64,000 nt of DNA from positions 1 to 64,000 of IMG/VR virus record IMGVR_UViG_3300032320_002249; one strand, given 5' to 3'. The notes beneath the pieces were generated by a model, which was not told the origin of the DNA, did not search any database, and saw only the letters and a program-made list of their open reading frames with translations. The DNA is from a virus. Its lineage: Duplodnaviria; Caudoviricetes. Position numbers and translations under genes: made by a program. This document shows positions 9,436-19,479 of this stretch, in pieces. Numbering within the stretch: the stretch's first letter is position 1; each line of letters starts with the position of its first letter.

Positions 9436-9529
9436 ATGAAACTCAGGCATTACATTTCTTGCTTTTTTCTCGGCTTTTTGTCCGGTCCAGTAATTATTAT
9501 TATTGTTCAATACCTAAACTCTCGTTGAA

Positions 9530-10306
9530 ATGAAAGTAAAAATTCTCAGTGACCTTCATATTGAAGACTGCTCTGCATGTCAGGTATATCCTGTAGGAAC
9601 TGGGGATGTACTTATTCTTGCGGGGGACATTCTCAATGCAAAGCACTTCAAAACAGATGGATACAAAAAAGAAGTCTATAACAACTTCTTAAATTCTTGT
9701 AGCGACAATTACGAAAAAGTCATTTATGTAATGGGTAATCATGAGTATTATGGTTATAATTATGAATCAACTCCTTCGGTAATTAAGCAAAATCTTCCTA
9801 AAAATATTTTCCTATTAAATAATGAGATTTTGCATCACAATGGATGGCATTTTATAGGACTTACCTTTTGGACAAACTTTAATAATGAAAATCCAATAGA
9901 AATGTTTGATGCTCAAAGAATAATGAATGATTACAGGTCTATTAGAATTGGATCTAATTATAGAAAGCTAAATCCTTCCGATACCCTGAAGGCTCATAAA
10001 AGTAGCATGAATTTCTTGAAAAGTGCCTTGCAACTAGCAGGAGATAATGTGTTCGTTGTGAGCCACCATGCTCCTAGTAATAGATCAATTCCTGAGGTCT
10101 TTAAGGACTCTGATATTAATGGTGCATATTGCAATAATCTTGATGAGTTTATAATGGATAATCCAAAAATCAAATATTGGATTCATGGTCATTGTCACAA
10201 CTTCTTTGATTATTCTATTGAGCAATGTAGAGTTCTCTGTAATCCTTATGGTTATCCTGGGCAAAATACCAGATTCTCTGAAAATCTTGAATTGATGCTC
10301 TCTTAA
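9530..10306 (+). CDS. Calcineurin-like metallophosphoesterase
   Basis: SDLH, AGD, GNHE, HHAP, HGHxH motifs. Confidence 0.9.
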   Translation: MKVKILSDLHIEDCSACQVYPVGTGDVLILAGDILNAKHFKTDGYKKEVYNNFLNSCSDNYEKVIYVMGNHEYYGYNYESTPSVIKQNLPKNIFLLNNEILHHNGWHFIGLTFWTNFNNENPIEMFDAQRIMNDYRSIRIGSNYRKLNPSDTLKAHKSSMNFLKSALQLAGDNVFVVSHHAPSNRSIPEVFKDSDINGAYCNNLDEFIMDNPKIKYWIHGHCHNFFDYSIEQCRVLCNPYGYPGQNTRFSENLELMLS

Positions 10307-10639
10307 TTGAGCCAGTTTTTAAAGTGTCCCAGTCTTCTTGCAAGGTTGGGATTTTTGACTTATAGTAGGATAGTTCCAAATTGAACCTCTAATGAATTTT
10401 ATTGTTAGTATAATTCTTCAAATTCCAGCGGCTGTTTTAATGCAGAATGGTGTTGCTGCATTGTTCAACATTTCTGTGTGGTGGTCTCTCCTTATTACTA
10501 TTGCTGTTCTTATTTCCTATGATCTGGGTGAAAAACTTAGAGATGAATGACTTTTGAGGACAGCTTCTAAAGTGGCACAAGACCTCTGGACCTGAGCCCT
10601 CAACTGTCTTATAATGACCATGTTAACACGAAAACACCA

Positions 10640-10957
10640 ATGAAACCCATTCTTGCTATTTTTGGTGGTGTGCTTACTATTGGTGCTCTGACCTGGGGCA
10701 TTGCATACCATGAAATCATCTTTACCTCTGTCTTTGCTCCTATGCGTGAAGATGTTCGGAGGAATACTTTCGAGCGTTCTAAGTCATTCCGTACTGGAGC
10801 AGTTCAAGAACTGCAAAATATGCAGTTTGAATACATTAAGGCATCGCCCGAACATAAAAAAGCACTTGCCGATGTGATTCGTCATCGTGCTGCAGAAGTT
10901 CCTGCCGATGCAATGCCTTCCGACCTTCAATCCTTTATTTCTAATCTTCCCCAATGA
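10640..10957 (+). CDS. Membrane-anchored protein
   Basis: N-terminal hydrophobic helix; follows a promoter module. Confidence 0.7.
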   Translation: MKPILAIFGGVLTIGALTWGIAYHEIIFTSVFAPMREDVRRNTFERSKSFRTGAVQELQNMQFEYIKASPEHKKALADVIRHRAAEVPADAMPSDLQSFISNLPQ

Positions 10958-11451
10958 AAACTATTATCTCTACCGCCACGATTGCCCTTCTTGGGCTGTC
11001 TTTGACTGGTTGTATTGAGTATGTTCCTTCTTCTGATGATGTTCAGCGATCACAACAAGAACGAATCTTGAAAGAGGGGTCGGCTCAAACTGGTATGCCT
11101 GCGATCAAAAACTTCCGTGAACGTAAGTTGATGAAGCAGATTATTGAGATGCGAGATCAAGATGGCCTGGTAACTTATACTTACACTGTTCCAGAAACTA
11201 CTGGTCGTCCTGTATTTCTGTGTAACTCCATTGGGTATGGTCTTCCTGCTGCTACCCAATATACTAATCCAGAAAAAGTTGAAGAAAGTTCTTTGGGTAA
11301 TACCTCTATTCCTCAGGCAGATCCAAATGGTCTTTTCTCTCCTTCCAGTGCAGAAGGTACTTGGGTAATGTGCTCTGATCCAAGTGGAAATGGTAAAACC
11401 CGACCTATTTATGTTGAGCCTCGTATCATTGTTTCCCCTTTCAAACTGTGA
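10954..11451 (+). CDS. Putative lipoprotein
   Basis: Signal peptide with lipobox LTG-C; ATGA overlap with the upstream gene. Confidence 0.75.
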   Translation: MKTIISTATIALLGLSLTGCIEYVPSSDDVQRSQQERILKEGSAQTGMPAIKNFRERKLMKQIIEMRDQDGLVTYTYTVPETTGRPVFLCNSIGYGLPAATQYTNPEKVEESSLGNTSIPQADPNGLFSPSSAEGTWVMCSDPSGNGKTRPIYVEPRIIVSPFKL

Positions 11452-11455
11452 TGTA

Positions 11456-11662
11456 ATGTCTAACAACTCTTCTTCATCATCATCTGGTGGCATTGGATTT
11501 ACTGGATTGCTTACCATTCTTTTTATCGGTTTGAAACTGACTGGATATATCACCTGGCCCTGGATTTGGGTCTTGTCTCCTATTTGGATCAGTTTGCTGA
11601 TTGTGCTTGGTCTTGTTGTTATTGTTTTTGGTGGTCTTCTTATTGGCCAGATGTTCAAATGA
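11456..11662 (+). CDS. Small two-helix membrane protein
   Basis: GIGFTGLLTILFIGLKLTGYITWPWIWVLSPIW, a common phage membrane family. Confidence 0.7.
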   Translation: MSNNSSSSSSGGIGFTGLLTILFIGLKLTGYITWPWIWVLSPIWISLLIVLGLVVIVFGGLLIGQMFK

Positions 11663-11895
11663 AATTCCTAAAAAATTCTTCACCTGATCAAATACTTTTT
11701 CTTGGAGTAATTTTTTTCGGTTGTTTACTAATTGCTTCACCTACTGTATTAATTCCACTTGGCAGGATTATTGAAGTTCATTATGAGAATCAACTGTATC
11801 AAAATGATCGTAAAGAATATAAAAGTTGTTTAGAAAAAGTAGATCCCAATTACATTCGGGAATACTGTGGTGATTATCCAAGGCGTCCTCTTTAA
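11659..11895 (+). CDS. Membrane-anchored hypothetical protein
   Basis: ATGA overlap, N-terminal TM segment. Confidence 0.6.
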   Translation: MKFLKNSSPDQILFLGVIFFGCLLIASPTVLIPLGRIIEVHYENQLYQNDRKEYKSCLEKVDPNYIREYCGDYPRRPL

Positions 11896-11896
11896 T

Positions 11897-12094
11897 ATGA
11901 AAAACTCTAAAGGATTTACTCTTGTTGAACTGATAATTGTAGTTGCTATTTTTGGCATTCTCGCTGCTATTGTAGTGAATATTGCTAATGGCAGCTCTAT
12001 TTTTCCATCTAAACAATCATGTATGAACGCTGGAGGCAAGTGGTCTGAAGGCATTCAATACGGACGCATTACTCAACTCTGTACTTACAACTAA
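11897..12094 (+). CDS. Type IV prepilin-like protein
   Basis: Class III signal MKNSKG|FTLVELIIVVAIFGILAAIV with E+5; two C-terminal cysteines. Confidence 0.85.
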   Translation: MKNSKGFTLVELIIVVAIFGILAAIVVNIANGSSIFPSKQSCMNAGGKWSEGIQYGRITQLCTYN

Positions 12095-12212
12095 TTATGA
12101 CTCCTAAAAATTCTATTGGTAAAGAAAAGGCAATTGAACTCTACAACTCTAATTGGTGGGAAGGACTTTCTTATATGGATTTCCTTCCTGGCGGTCTGAC
12201 TGGTAACAACTG

Positions 12213-12449
12213 ATGAAATACCGTATTGTTCGTCGCAACAAATCACCCTTTAGGGATTATGTATCTTCTTATGACTATTATTATGCTCAGATGAAATTAT
12301 TTGGGCGATGGATTGATTGTCGCCTGAACCCTTTCATTGATGTAGATAACACTTATGATGTTAATTTATCTAGTGTAGAGAGTTGGGTTAATAGGCAAAT
12401 TAACGGTAAACAACCCATTGAAGAAGAAGTCGTAAAAACTTATGAATAA
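12213..12449 (+). CDS. Hypothetical protein
   Basis: YRIV...YYAQxK...W pattern, loosely like the 14808 and 15052 ORFs. Confidence 0.6.
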   Translation: MKYRIVRRNKSPFRDYVSSYDYYYAQMKLFGRWIDCRLNPFIDVDNTYDVNLSSVESWVNRQINGKQPIEEEVVKTYE

Positions 12450-12469
12450 AAATCAATAATAATTAAATT

Positions 12470-12991
12470 ATGTCAAACAAAAAAACATTCAACAAAGGCG
12501 ATATTGTAATTTCTACTAATTCCTCCGCACATCGCCCGGCAAAATATTTAGGAAGTTATTCTTCTTGGGGAGGATATTATTGCGAATACCTTCATAACAA
12601 TAGAACCACTTACCTCACAGACATTAAACTTTATCAAGGAGACAACCAAATGACTCAACCTAATCAATCGATCCTTTACAGCTTCACTAATGACCAAGGT
12701 GAAGTGACCTATGGCACTTATCTGGCCACTAACCAGGCAAATCAGATGGTCATTGAAGAAAAAGGAACTGGAAAGCTCTATGCTCTCCCTAAGGAGGCCC
12801 TGGAGGAAGTTGTTCCCTACACCTACCGCACTCACCGAGATGTTCATTTTCAGGGTGACAAAGGTTCTGTAGAAGTGGGCGATTTCCTTATGGACAATAA
12901 CGGAAATACTCATCGCGTGCTTTCTCTTGACACTAAAGCCCGAAATGTTAATCGGTTTAAGGGTGTAAAACTGTTAGTTAAGGAAATGTGA
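12470..12991 (+). CDS. Hypothetical protein
   Basis: Long ORF followed by a terminator. Confidence 0.7.
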   Translation: MSNKKTFNKGDIVISTNSSAHRPAKYLGSYSSWGGYYCEYLHNNRTTYLTDIKLYQGDNQMTQPNQSILYSFTNDQGEVTYGTYLATNQANQMVIEEKGTGKLYALPKEALEEVVPYTYRTHRDVHFQGDKGSVEVGDFLMDNNGNTHRVLSLDTKARNVNRFKGVKLLVKEM

Positions 12992-12998
12992 TTTACTA

Positions 12999-13028
12999 TA
13001 GTCTTCGTTAGACTGAAGACTAATTTTT
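12999..13028 (+). terminator. Intrinsic terminator
   Basis: TAGTCTTC-N8-GAAGACTA followed by a T run. Confidence 0.6.
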
Positions 13029-13113
13029 ACTAAGGCGACAGTTCATAAACTGTCCCCTATTTTATTGCTTTGCGGTTCTTGGTGCTATTATTTAATAAAT
13101 AGCCCAAAGAACA

Positions 13114-13242
13114 ATGACCACCCCCAACTGGCAGAAAAACTCTGGAAAACAGAAAAAGACCAAGGGTTGCTGTAAAAACCGGATTAAATCGAGGAAGCAA
13201 GCCCTCCAGGCTCTTTTGAACAAGTTATCCCAGAAAAGTTAA
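13114..13242 (+). CDS. Small basic cyanophage-type peptide (42 aa)
   Basis: MTTPNWQ start, K/R-rich; follows a promoter module. Confidence 0.55.
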   Translation: MTTPNWQKNSGKQKKTKGCCKNRIKSRKQALQALLNKLSQKS

Positions 13243-13275
13243 CTGTTAAACCTTAATTCCGTTAGAACTATTAAA

Positions 13276-14151
13276 ATGCCTAAAATTAAAGCCCCAATGC
13301 TTGCAGGAAATTATGATCCAGAAAAAGCAAAATTTCCCTATCTAGCAACTCCAAAGATTGATGGAATTAGATTCTTAATGGTCGATGGAGTTGCACTTTC
13401 TAGAAAGTTCAAGCCTATTCGCAATGAGTACATTCAAAGTCTTCTATCTGACAATCTTCCTGATGGGATTGATGGAGAGCTAACTTCTGGGGACACCTTT
13501 CAATCGTCAACTTCTGCGATTATGAAAATCAAGGGAGAACCAAAATTCAAAGCCTGGATTTTTGATTATGTAAATCCTAAAGAAGATATTAAGCCATATT
13601 ATCTTCGGATGCTTGAATTGTCTGACTTAAAACTTAATAAATTGCCTTTTGATCATGAAATTCTATTAGGCACAAATGTAAAAGAAGAAACTCAACTTTT
13701 AGAAGTAGATAAAATCTATCTTGATAATGGATATGAAGGAACGATGTTGAGGGATCCTAAGGGAACCTATAAGTTCGGACGTTCCACTGTAAAAGAAGGA
13801 ATCCTTCTTAAGGTTAAGCATTTTGTAGATGACGAAGGAATCCTTATTGATATTGTAGAAAAATACAGTAATCAAAATGAGGCTGAGGTAGATGCATTAG
13901 GATACACCAAAAGATCCTCTTCTCTTGCTGGTATGGTTCCTATGAATACCACTGGAGCCCTGATTGTAAGGACGGGTGAAAAAGAATTAAAAATTGGAAG
14001 TGGACTCGATGATGATCTACGAAATGAAATCTGGAAAAATAAAGAAAAGTATCTTAACCAACTGGTAAAATATAAGTATTTCCCACAAGGAGTTAAGGAC
14101 CTTCCACGGCATCCTGTATTCATTGGATTTCGTGACCGTGATGACATGTGA
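13276..14151 (+). CDS. lig: ATP-dependent DNA ligase (minimal form)
   Basis: Motif I KIDG, IDGE, FD, EGxMLR, LLKVK, C-terminal PRHPVF. Confidence 0.92.
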   Translation: MPKIKAPMLAGNYDPEKAKFPYLATPKIDGIRFLMVDGVALSRKFKPIRNEYIQSLLSDNLPDGIDGELTSGDTFQSSTSAIMKIKGEPKFKAWIFDYVNPKEDIKPYYLRMLELSDLKLNKLPFDHEILLGTNVKEETQLLEVDKIYLDNGYEGTMLRDPKGTYKFGRSTVKEGILLKVKHFVDDEGILIDIVEKYSNQNEAEVDALGYTKRSSSLAGMVPMNTTGALIVRTGEKELKIGSGLDDDLRNEIWKNKEKYLNQLVKYKYFPQGVKDLPRHPVFIGFRDRDDM

Positions 14152-14229
14152 CAGCTAACAAACTGGCACACTAGCCAACTCTCCATCGAAATCTTCCCCT
14201 TATAATAGTCCTGTACCAAAATTCTTATT

Positions 14230-14583
14230 ATGGACCCTAAAGTTAAAGAAATGTGGCTCAATGCCCTTCGGTCTGGCGAATACAGTCAGACGCAAGGACA
14301 CCTCAAAACACCTTATGGTTTTTGTTGCCTTGGTGTTTTGTGTGACCTTTATTCTAAAGAAATTGGTGACACGGAATGGGAAAAAAGTGAATACTATGAG
14401 TCAGGTGCTACAGCGGAGTATTTTGAAGGTAAACAAGAGTTTTTGCCAGAATCCGTAGTAAATTGGGCAGGATTTGTTTGTGAAGATCCAACAATTCCTT
14501 CGGAACAAAAAAAACTATCTGAACTGAATGATGAGGGTATGTCCTTCAAAGAAATTGCAGATCTTATTGAAACGCATCTTTGA
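14230..14583 (+). CDS. Phage hypothetical protein
   Basis: WxxALRSGxYxQ...CCLGVLC...LNDxGxSFxEIAD pattern. Confidence 0.7.
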   Translation: MDPKVKEMWLNALRSGEYSQTQGHLKTPYGFCCLGVLCDLYSKEIGDTEWEKSEYYESGATAEYFEGKQEFLPESVVNWAGFVCEDPTIPSEQKKLSELNDEGMSFKEIADLIETHL

Positions 14584-14801
14584 CTTCTAAAATGGATTAC
14601 TTTTTTATCAATTCCAACTACGGACACATCCATTTCGGCTCCTTTTATCTTGGCTGGAATAATATTGCAAAACCCACCTCACCGCCTGACTATGGCGATG
14701 AAACCTTTGAAATTTCATTCAGGAATCTTTATATTGGATGTTATTCAAATGGAAGATGGCATGGTGGAATTTTAGATGAAAACGGTTGCCTCTCTGATTG
14801 A
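14580..14801 (+). CDS. Hypothetical protein
   Basis: ORF in a packed operon. Confidence 0.5.
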   Translation: MTSKMDYFFINSNYGHIHFGSFYLGWNNIAKPTSPPDYGDETFEISFRNLYIGCYSNGRWHGGILDENGCLSD

Positions 14802-14807
14802 ACTACC

Positions 14808-15046
14808 ATGAACAACTTTAGAATCAAAAAACGCGGTGACGTATTTTACGCAGAAAAACGATTTCTTAGGATTTTTTGGACTTCTATTTATAAAACGGTC
14901 TACGAATTACCTAAACCATATTATAGCAAAGATAGAGCCCTTGATGCCATAAAAACATACATTAAATTAAAAAAAAAGAAGAAAAATCAGAATTTTGGTA
15001 CTATAGTTTTTCTGATTTTGAATCAAACGACTCCCTTTCGGATTAA
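14808..15046 (+). pseudogene. Hypothetical gene, paralog of 15052, frameshifted at an A9 run
   Basis: Adding one A at 14969-14977 gives the C-terminus WYYSFSDFE, matching WYYSPCDFE of the paralog, and a stop at 15046. Confidence 0.6.
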
Positions 15047-15051
15047 AACTT

Positions 15052-15312
15052 ATGAACAACTTTAGAATCAAAATGCGTAGAACTTCAACTCGTGATTTAT
15101 TTTACGCAGAAGAACTAACTTTTGGATTTTTATGGAATTCTATTTTTGTTGAGTGGGACCCTTTTGGCGAAACTCTAGTTCCTAAAACATTTTATTCCAG
15201 AGAAGCGGCCTTTGATGCCCTAAAAAATTATATTAAATCACAAAAAAAAGAAAAACAAAAACCTGTATGCTCTTATTACAGTTGGTACTATAGTCCCTGT
15301 GATTTTGAATAA
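15052..15312 (+). CDS. Hypothetical protein (MNNFRIK paralog)
   Basis: Shares the MNNFRIK, FYAE and AxDAxKxYIK motifs with the upstream gene. Confidence 0.7.
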   Translation: MNNFRIKMRRTSTRDLFYAEELTFGFLWNSIFVEWDPFGETLVPKTFYSREAAFDALKNYIKSQKKEKQKPVCSYYSWYYSPCDFE

Positions 15313-15314
15313 AA

Positions 15315-15992
15315 ATGAAGATCATATCATCATTCAAAGATTGCTATGACTGGGTTCCTACCATGTATGGTGGTGGGGACCCCGGGTTAGTTTATGTAAG
15401 GAATAGTATTCCTGGAGGAGAACACGGATTTATTAGAGTAGAATATAATTCATATATTAGTTTATTCTCTCGTTATGAATTAGAAGGCTATTGTTTTAAA
15501 ACCCTATTCTTTTGTGGGAAATTGCTTCCTTTAATCACCACAAATATTAGAGATAATATCGATTATAAACTCTTCGTTAGAAACTATTCTCAATTTAAAG
15601 AAGTAGAACAAAAAGTTCAAAACAATACAACTTTTTGGAGAGATCATCTAAGACTTTACCTCAGAAATCAACTTGATATTCCTTATAAAGATCTTAAAGT
15701 TGATAGTCATGCCGTAAGTATAGCCAAACAAATTCAGCAACCAGTATTTGTTATTCAATCAATACATTCATTCAATAAAAAATATATGGTTGTAATACAA
15801 GATAAGATTCCAAACCTATCAGAAATTGGCTTTGCCTCATATCTTTCACCTCAGTTAATCTATCAGGAAATTGAGCACTTTATGGGAAATGTCATCAAGG
15901 AATCCCCAGATTCATGCCCACCTGTTCAAGTTTCGGATAAGCAACGTATTATTCAAAAGGGATTTGATTTAAAACGATCTTTTAGACATTGA
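15315..15992 (+). CDS. Phage hypothetical protein
   Basis: MKIISxFKDxYD start and I..KGFDLKxSFR end. Confidence 0.7.
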   Translation: MKIISSFKDCYDWVPTMYGGGDPGLVYVRNSIPGGEHGFIRVEYNSYISLFSRYELEGYCFKTLFFCGKLLPLITTNIRDNIDYKLFVRNYSQFKEVEQKVQNNTTFWRDHLRLYLRNQLDIPYKDLKVDSHAVSIAKQIQQPVFVIQSIHSFNKKYMVVIQDKIPNLSEIGFASYLSPQLIYQEIEHFMGNVIKESPDSCPPVQVSDKQRIIQKGFDLKRSFRH

Positions 15993-16078
15993 AGCTGTGC
16001 CAGTTTAAGAAGCGTCCCTCCAGGGACGCTTTTTTGTTGAGCTGTGATAGCATTGGTATGCAATAAAAGGAATTACTT

Positions 16079-17154
16079 ATGGGATGCTGGTTTAAAACTT
16101 GCGGGCTCACTCAGATGCACATTTATGGTGGAGAACCTGTTTATGTTTTTCTGCTAAAAAAACCAAAATATAAAAATGTTTCTTACTCCAATTTTCTTTA
16201 TGATCCTTTGCTGTTTCCTTTTGATAGTATCTATGATGAATATGGCGGTGGGAAACAAAGTACAGGAATTGCGTTTGAACTAATTATCAAACATCTTAAA
16301 GAATGTCTTGTTGAAATGCCTTTGGGGGAAAACGAATACCATGATATTGAGGTAAAGAGAGATGCCTTTGATGAGGATCTTTTCTTTAATTCAATAAAAG
16401 AAGATAGGCTGTTCATAAACACAAAACATGATGAAAATATTCCAGTAAATTTCGTCATGATGAAAAAAATGCAGTAGACAAAATTCTTGAAGATTATGTC
16501 ATTGATGATTACAGACAAAAAGTTAAATATGCGGATATTATCAATGACCTAGATTCTTATATTGAAACTAAGTTACAATGTATTCAACAAAGTAATGGTT
16601 ATTTTTATGATCCGTTTATTGAAAATAATCTAGTATATGATTATTTTGATGGTATTATGTATTCTATTTCACTTTTTAGCTCTTTTGATCCAATTGATTT
16701 TCGCAATCTTGTGCGAACATATCTGACAGAAGGAAAAATTGAAGAAGCAAAAGAAATCATGAAGCGAGTTATCATGGGGGTTGTAATTAATATTTTTATG
16801 GATAGTATTAGAAAATGCTGGCATCCTGGTGGATTTGAAGGTAGTCAGAGTTCAGACTTGAATTCTTATAAACTTCTCATTGATACTATGAATGAAAACA
16901 TGGTCATTGAAGAGTATGAATGTGAGAAAATGTCAGAAGAAGAAGTATTCAAATTGGCAGAAAATCCTAACACTTCCCAAAGAATTTTAGATGAACTTGC
17001 TGATGACACTAGCCCTACTATTCGTGGAGCGGTTGCATGGCATAACAATACTTCCCAGGAAACTCTTAGGAGGCTTTCTGATGATGTAGATTCATACGTT
17101 AGAAATTATACAAAAGCAAACCCTAACTTTTTGAAAGGAGAATCTTCTACATGA
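16079..17154 (+). pseudogene. Phage hypothetical protein fused to C-terminal LRV repeats, split by a frameshift at an A7 run
   Basis: The -1 frame is open from 16468 into the ATG at 16657; one extra A at 16463-16469 joins the two ORFs. Confidence 0.7.
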
Positions 17155-17498
17155 ATTACTTTGAAATTTCTAAACAAGCCTTAGACCCAACTACTCCGGC
17201 AGATGTTCTTTCTGCCATCTCTAATCATGGGGAATGGACTATTCGTGAAAAAGTTGCATGTAATCCAAATGCACCACCAGAAACCTTGATGATTCTTTCT
17301 AATGAGGATTGGATTATTCGCGGAGTCGTTGTGCGTAATCCAAATGCACCACACGAAATTCTTAAAAATCTCGCTGGTGATGATGTTTGGTATGTTCGGG
17401 CTTACGTTAGTCGCAGGCCAAATATCACAGAAGAATTAATTATTCTTTCTAAGGCCGCCTCATTGATTCAAAATCTGGAAAAATGGACGGTTCATTAA
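17151..17498 (+). CDS. LRV/HEAT-like repeat protein
   Basis: NPNAPxExL..L..D..W.VR repeats; TEELIILSKA cap. Confidence 0.85.
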   Translation: MNYFEISKQALDPTTPADVLSAISNHGEWTIREKVACNPNAPPETLMILSNEDWIIRGVVVRNPNAPHEILKNLAGDDVWYVRAYVSRRPNITEELIILSKAASLIQNLEKWTVH

Positions 17499-17573
17499 GT
17501 GGCACAGCAACCCACACCCACTCTCAAAGCCCTGTTAAATTAAGAGAGTCCAAAACACACCACAACTTTTATT

Positions 17574-17834
17574 ATGACCACCGCTATTGAGACCCTGCCC
17601 ATCCATGACCCCAGTGCTGAAGTGCCGATTCCTGGTCCCGGTGCTGCCGCTCCAACCGCTCCCGCTATTCGTGGACGCAAACCCGCTCGCACTGTGCGAG
17701 ATTATCAGGGCTGGAAGATTTCTCCTGGAGATAACAACCTTTGGGACATTTCAAACGAGTCTGATACGTTTTCTGGTTATGCTACTATTAATGACGCCCA
17801 AAGGGCAGTGCGAGCCAAAAAGCGGGCCACATGA
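17574..17834 (+). CDS. Hypothetical protein, Pro/Ala-rich N-terminus
   Basis: Own promoter module at 17484-17541 and terminator at 17843-17868. Confidence 0.65.
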   Translation: MTTAIETLPIHDPSAEVPIPGPGAAAPTAPAIRGRKPARTVRDYQGWKISPGDNNLWDISNESDTFSGYATINDAQRAVRAKKRAT

Positions 17835-17842
17835 ATCAGCCG

Positions 17843-17868
17843 AAAGCCATCTTAATGATGGCTTTTTT
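17843..17868 (+). terminator. Intrinsic terminator
   Basis: AAAGCCATC-ttaat-GATGGCTTT followed by a T run. Confidence 0.7.
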
Positions 17869-17891
17869 AATTACCAATTTTTCTAATACTT

Positions 17892-18236
17892 ATGAACTTG
17901 TGTCTCGATCAAAAATTAGAATTAGTACAAAATCCCAATACTTCTCCAGAAGTACTTGAGGAACTTTCTAGGGATGAGTATTATAGTGTTCGTTATCGTG
18001 TTGCAAGCCACCCCAATACACCACCAGATGTTCTTATGGAATTTGCTGGTGGTAAATTTGCACTTCATCGTTTCCCTGTTGCATTAAACCCAAACGCGCC
18101 AGTGGAAATCCTTATGAATCTTGCTATTGATGATGATTGGTACGTTCGTCGAAATGTCATGAGAAACCCTAATGCAACAGAAGACATTATTATGCTAGCA
18201 AAGGCAACTGATTTTATTCTTGTTGGTCATTGGTGA
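17892..18236 (+). CDS. LRV/HEAT-like repeat protein
   Basis: Three 26-aa repeats plus NPNATEDIIMLAKATDFI cap. Confidence 0.88.
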   Translation: MNLCLDQKLELVQNPNTSPEVLEELSRDEYYSVRYRVASHPNTPPDVLMEFAGGKFALHRFPVALNPNAPVEILMNLAIDDDWYVRRNVMRNPNATEDIIMLAKATDFILVGHW

Positions 18237-18269
18237 AGCTGTAAAGGATCGATATTATTGTTAATACTT

Positions 18270-18689
18270 ATGAACTTGAGTCTGAATGAAAAATTAGAAT
18301 TAGCAGACGATCACAATACTGCTCCAGAAGTTCTTAGAGAACTTTCTGGGGATACATCTACTAATATTCGTTGTCTTGTTGCATCTAACAGAAACACCCC
18401 AGTTGATGTATTTACAGTTCTTGTAGATGATAATGATTTGGTTCGTTATCATATCGCAAGGAACCCTTGTGCTCCAAAAGAGGTTCTTAGCAAACTTGCT
18501 GAGAATAAAGATATTATAGTTCGTCGTGTTGTTTCAAGTAATAAAAATACCTCATTAGATAGTTTGATGAGATTAGCTAATGATTCTGATATTTTTGTTG
18601 TCTGTCTTGCTGAAAGAAACCCAAATGCAACAGAAGATGTTATTATGTTGGCCAAAGCCACTTCTTTTATTTTAAGTTTTAAAACCTGA
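18270..18689 (+). CDS. LRV/HEAT-like repeat protein
   Basis: Same start context (taatacttATGaacttg) as 17892; cap ATEDVIMLAKATSFI. Confidence 0.88.
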   Translation: MNLSLNEKLELADDHNTAPEVLRELSGDTSTNIRCLVASNRNTPVDVFTVLVDDNDLVRYHIARNPCAPKEVLSKLAENKDIIVRRVVSSNKNTSLDSLMRLANDSDIFVVCLAERNPNATEDVIMLAKATSFILSFKT

Positions 18690-18690
18690 T

Positions 18691-19395
18691 ATGTCCACTA
18701 GAAAAATTTACTACGTTGATTGCTATGAAAACTTGTATGGAGATTATCTTCTCCATAGAGAAAGAGATTTTTTTAGTGATGATTTCATTTATACTAAATG
18801 TCCTGTTTTTAACCACAAAACGAATAGAACCTTCGTGGGTTGCTCTCCTATTGATTTCAAGTTAGAATATAATCCACTTACAAATGCAATTGCATCAGAT
18901 AACAATGACATATTAATTTTTGATCAGGAACACTTGAGTTCTCAGCTTCCAGTAGTTCAATTAAAAGTTCCATCCCTGTTATTCTTCACTGAAGAAGAAA
19001 ATGTATGGTTTGAGTACAGAGATCATCCATTGACTGCCTTGAATAATAATTTCATTGGGGTAGGAGGATGGTTCAATCTTTCAACCTGGCCAAGAAATTC
19101 TATCAATGCCTTCACTATTGTTGATGTAAACAAACCAGTCATAATTGAAAAAGATGATCCTCTTTTTAGGGTATCATTTTACACCCAGAACTTTGATGAT
19201 GGCATTATTTTAGAAAAAATAAAAGATCCCACAGAAACAAGTAGGATTTTAAAAGAATATTTTGAGTATAGAGAAACAAACGCTTCTAATGTTGTAAAAA
19301 ACATTTTAGATTCTAAGAACACTACATTTAGTTGGAAGAAAGCCTTATTTTCTTCTATTGGAATCAATAAATGTCCTTTTAAGTTTTTTCATTGA
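18691..19395 (+). CDS. Cyanophage-type hypothetical protein
   Basis: CP at the N-terminus, GWFNLSTWPR, C-terminal KCPF. Confidence 0.7.
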   Translation: MSTRKIYYVDCYENLYGDYLLHRERDFFSDDFIYTKCPVFNHKTNRTFVGCSPIDFKLEYNPLTNAIASDNNDILIFDQEHLSSQLPVVQLKVPSLLFFTEEENVWFEYRDHPLTALNNNFIGVGGWFNLSTWPRNSINAFTIVDVNKPVIIEKDDPLFRVSFYTQNFDDGIILEKIKDPTETSRILKEYFEYRETNASNVVKNILDSKNTTFSWKKALFSSIGINKCPFKFFH

Positions 19396-19479
19396 CTGTG
19401 CCAGCTCAATAAGTGGCACACCTTAACCGGACAACCCATTTCCTTTGCTGTATTATAAAGAGGTCCAAACGAAATTACT

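Noticed and set aside
13095-13101. ATAAATA late promoter before the ligase operon
   Set aside because: It lies just downstream of an inverted-repeat promoter -10 box in AT-rich DNA and is likely chance
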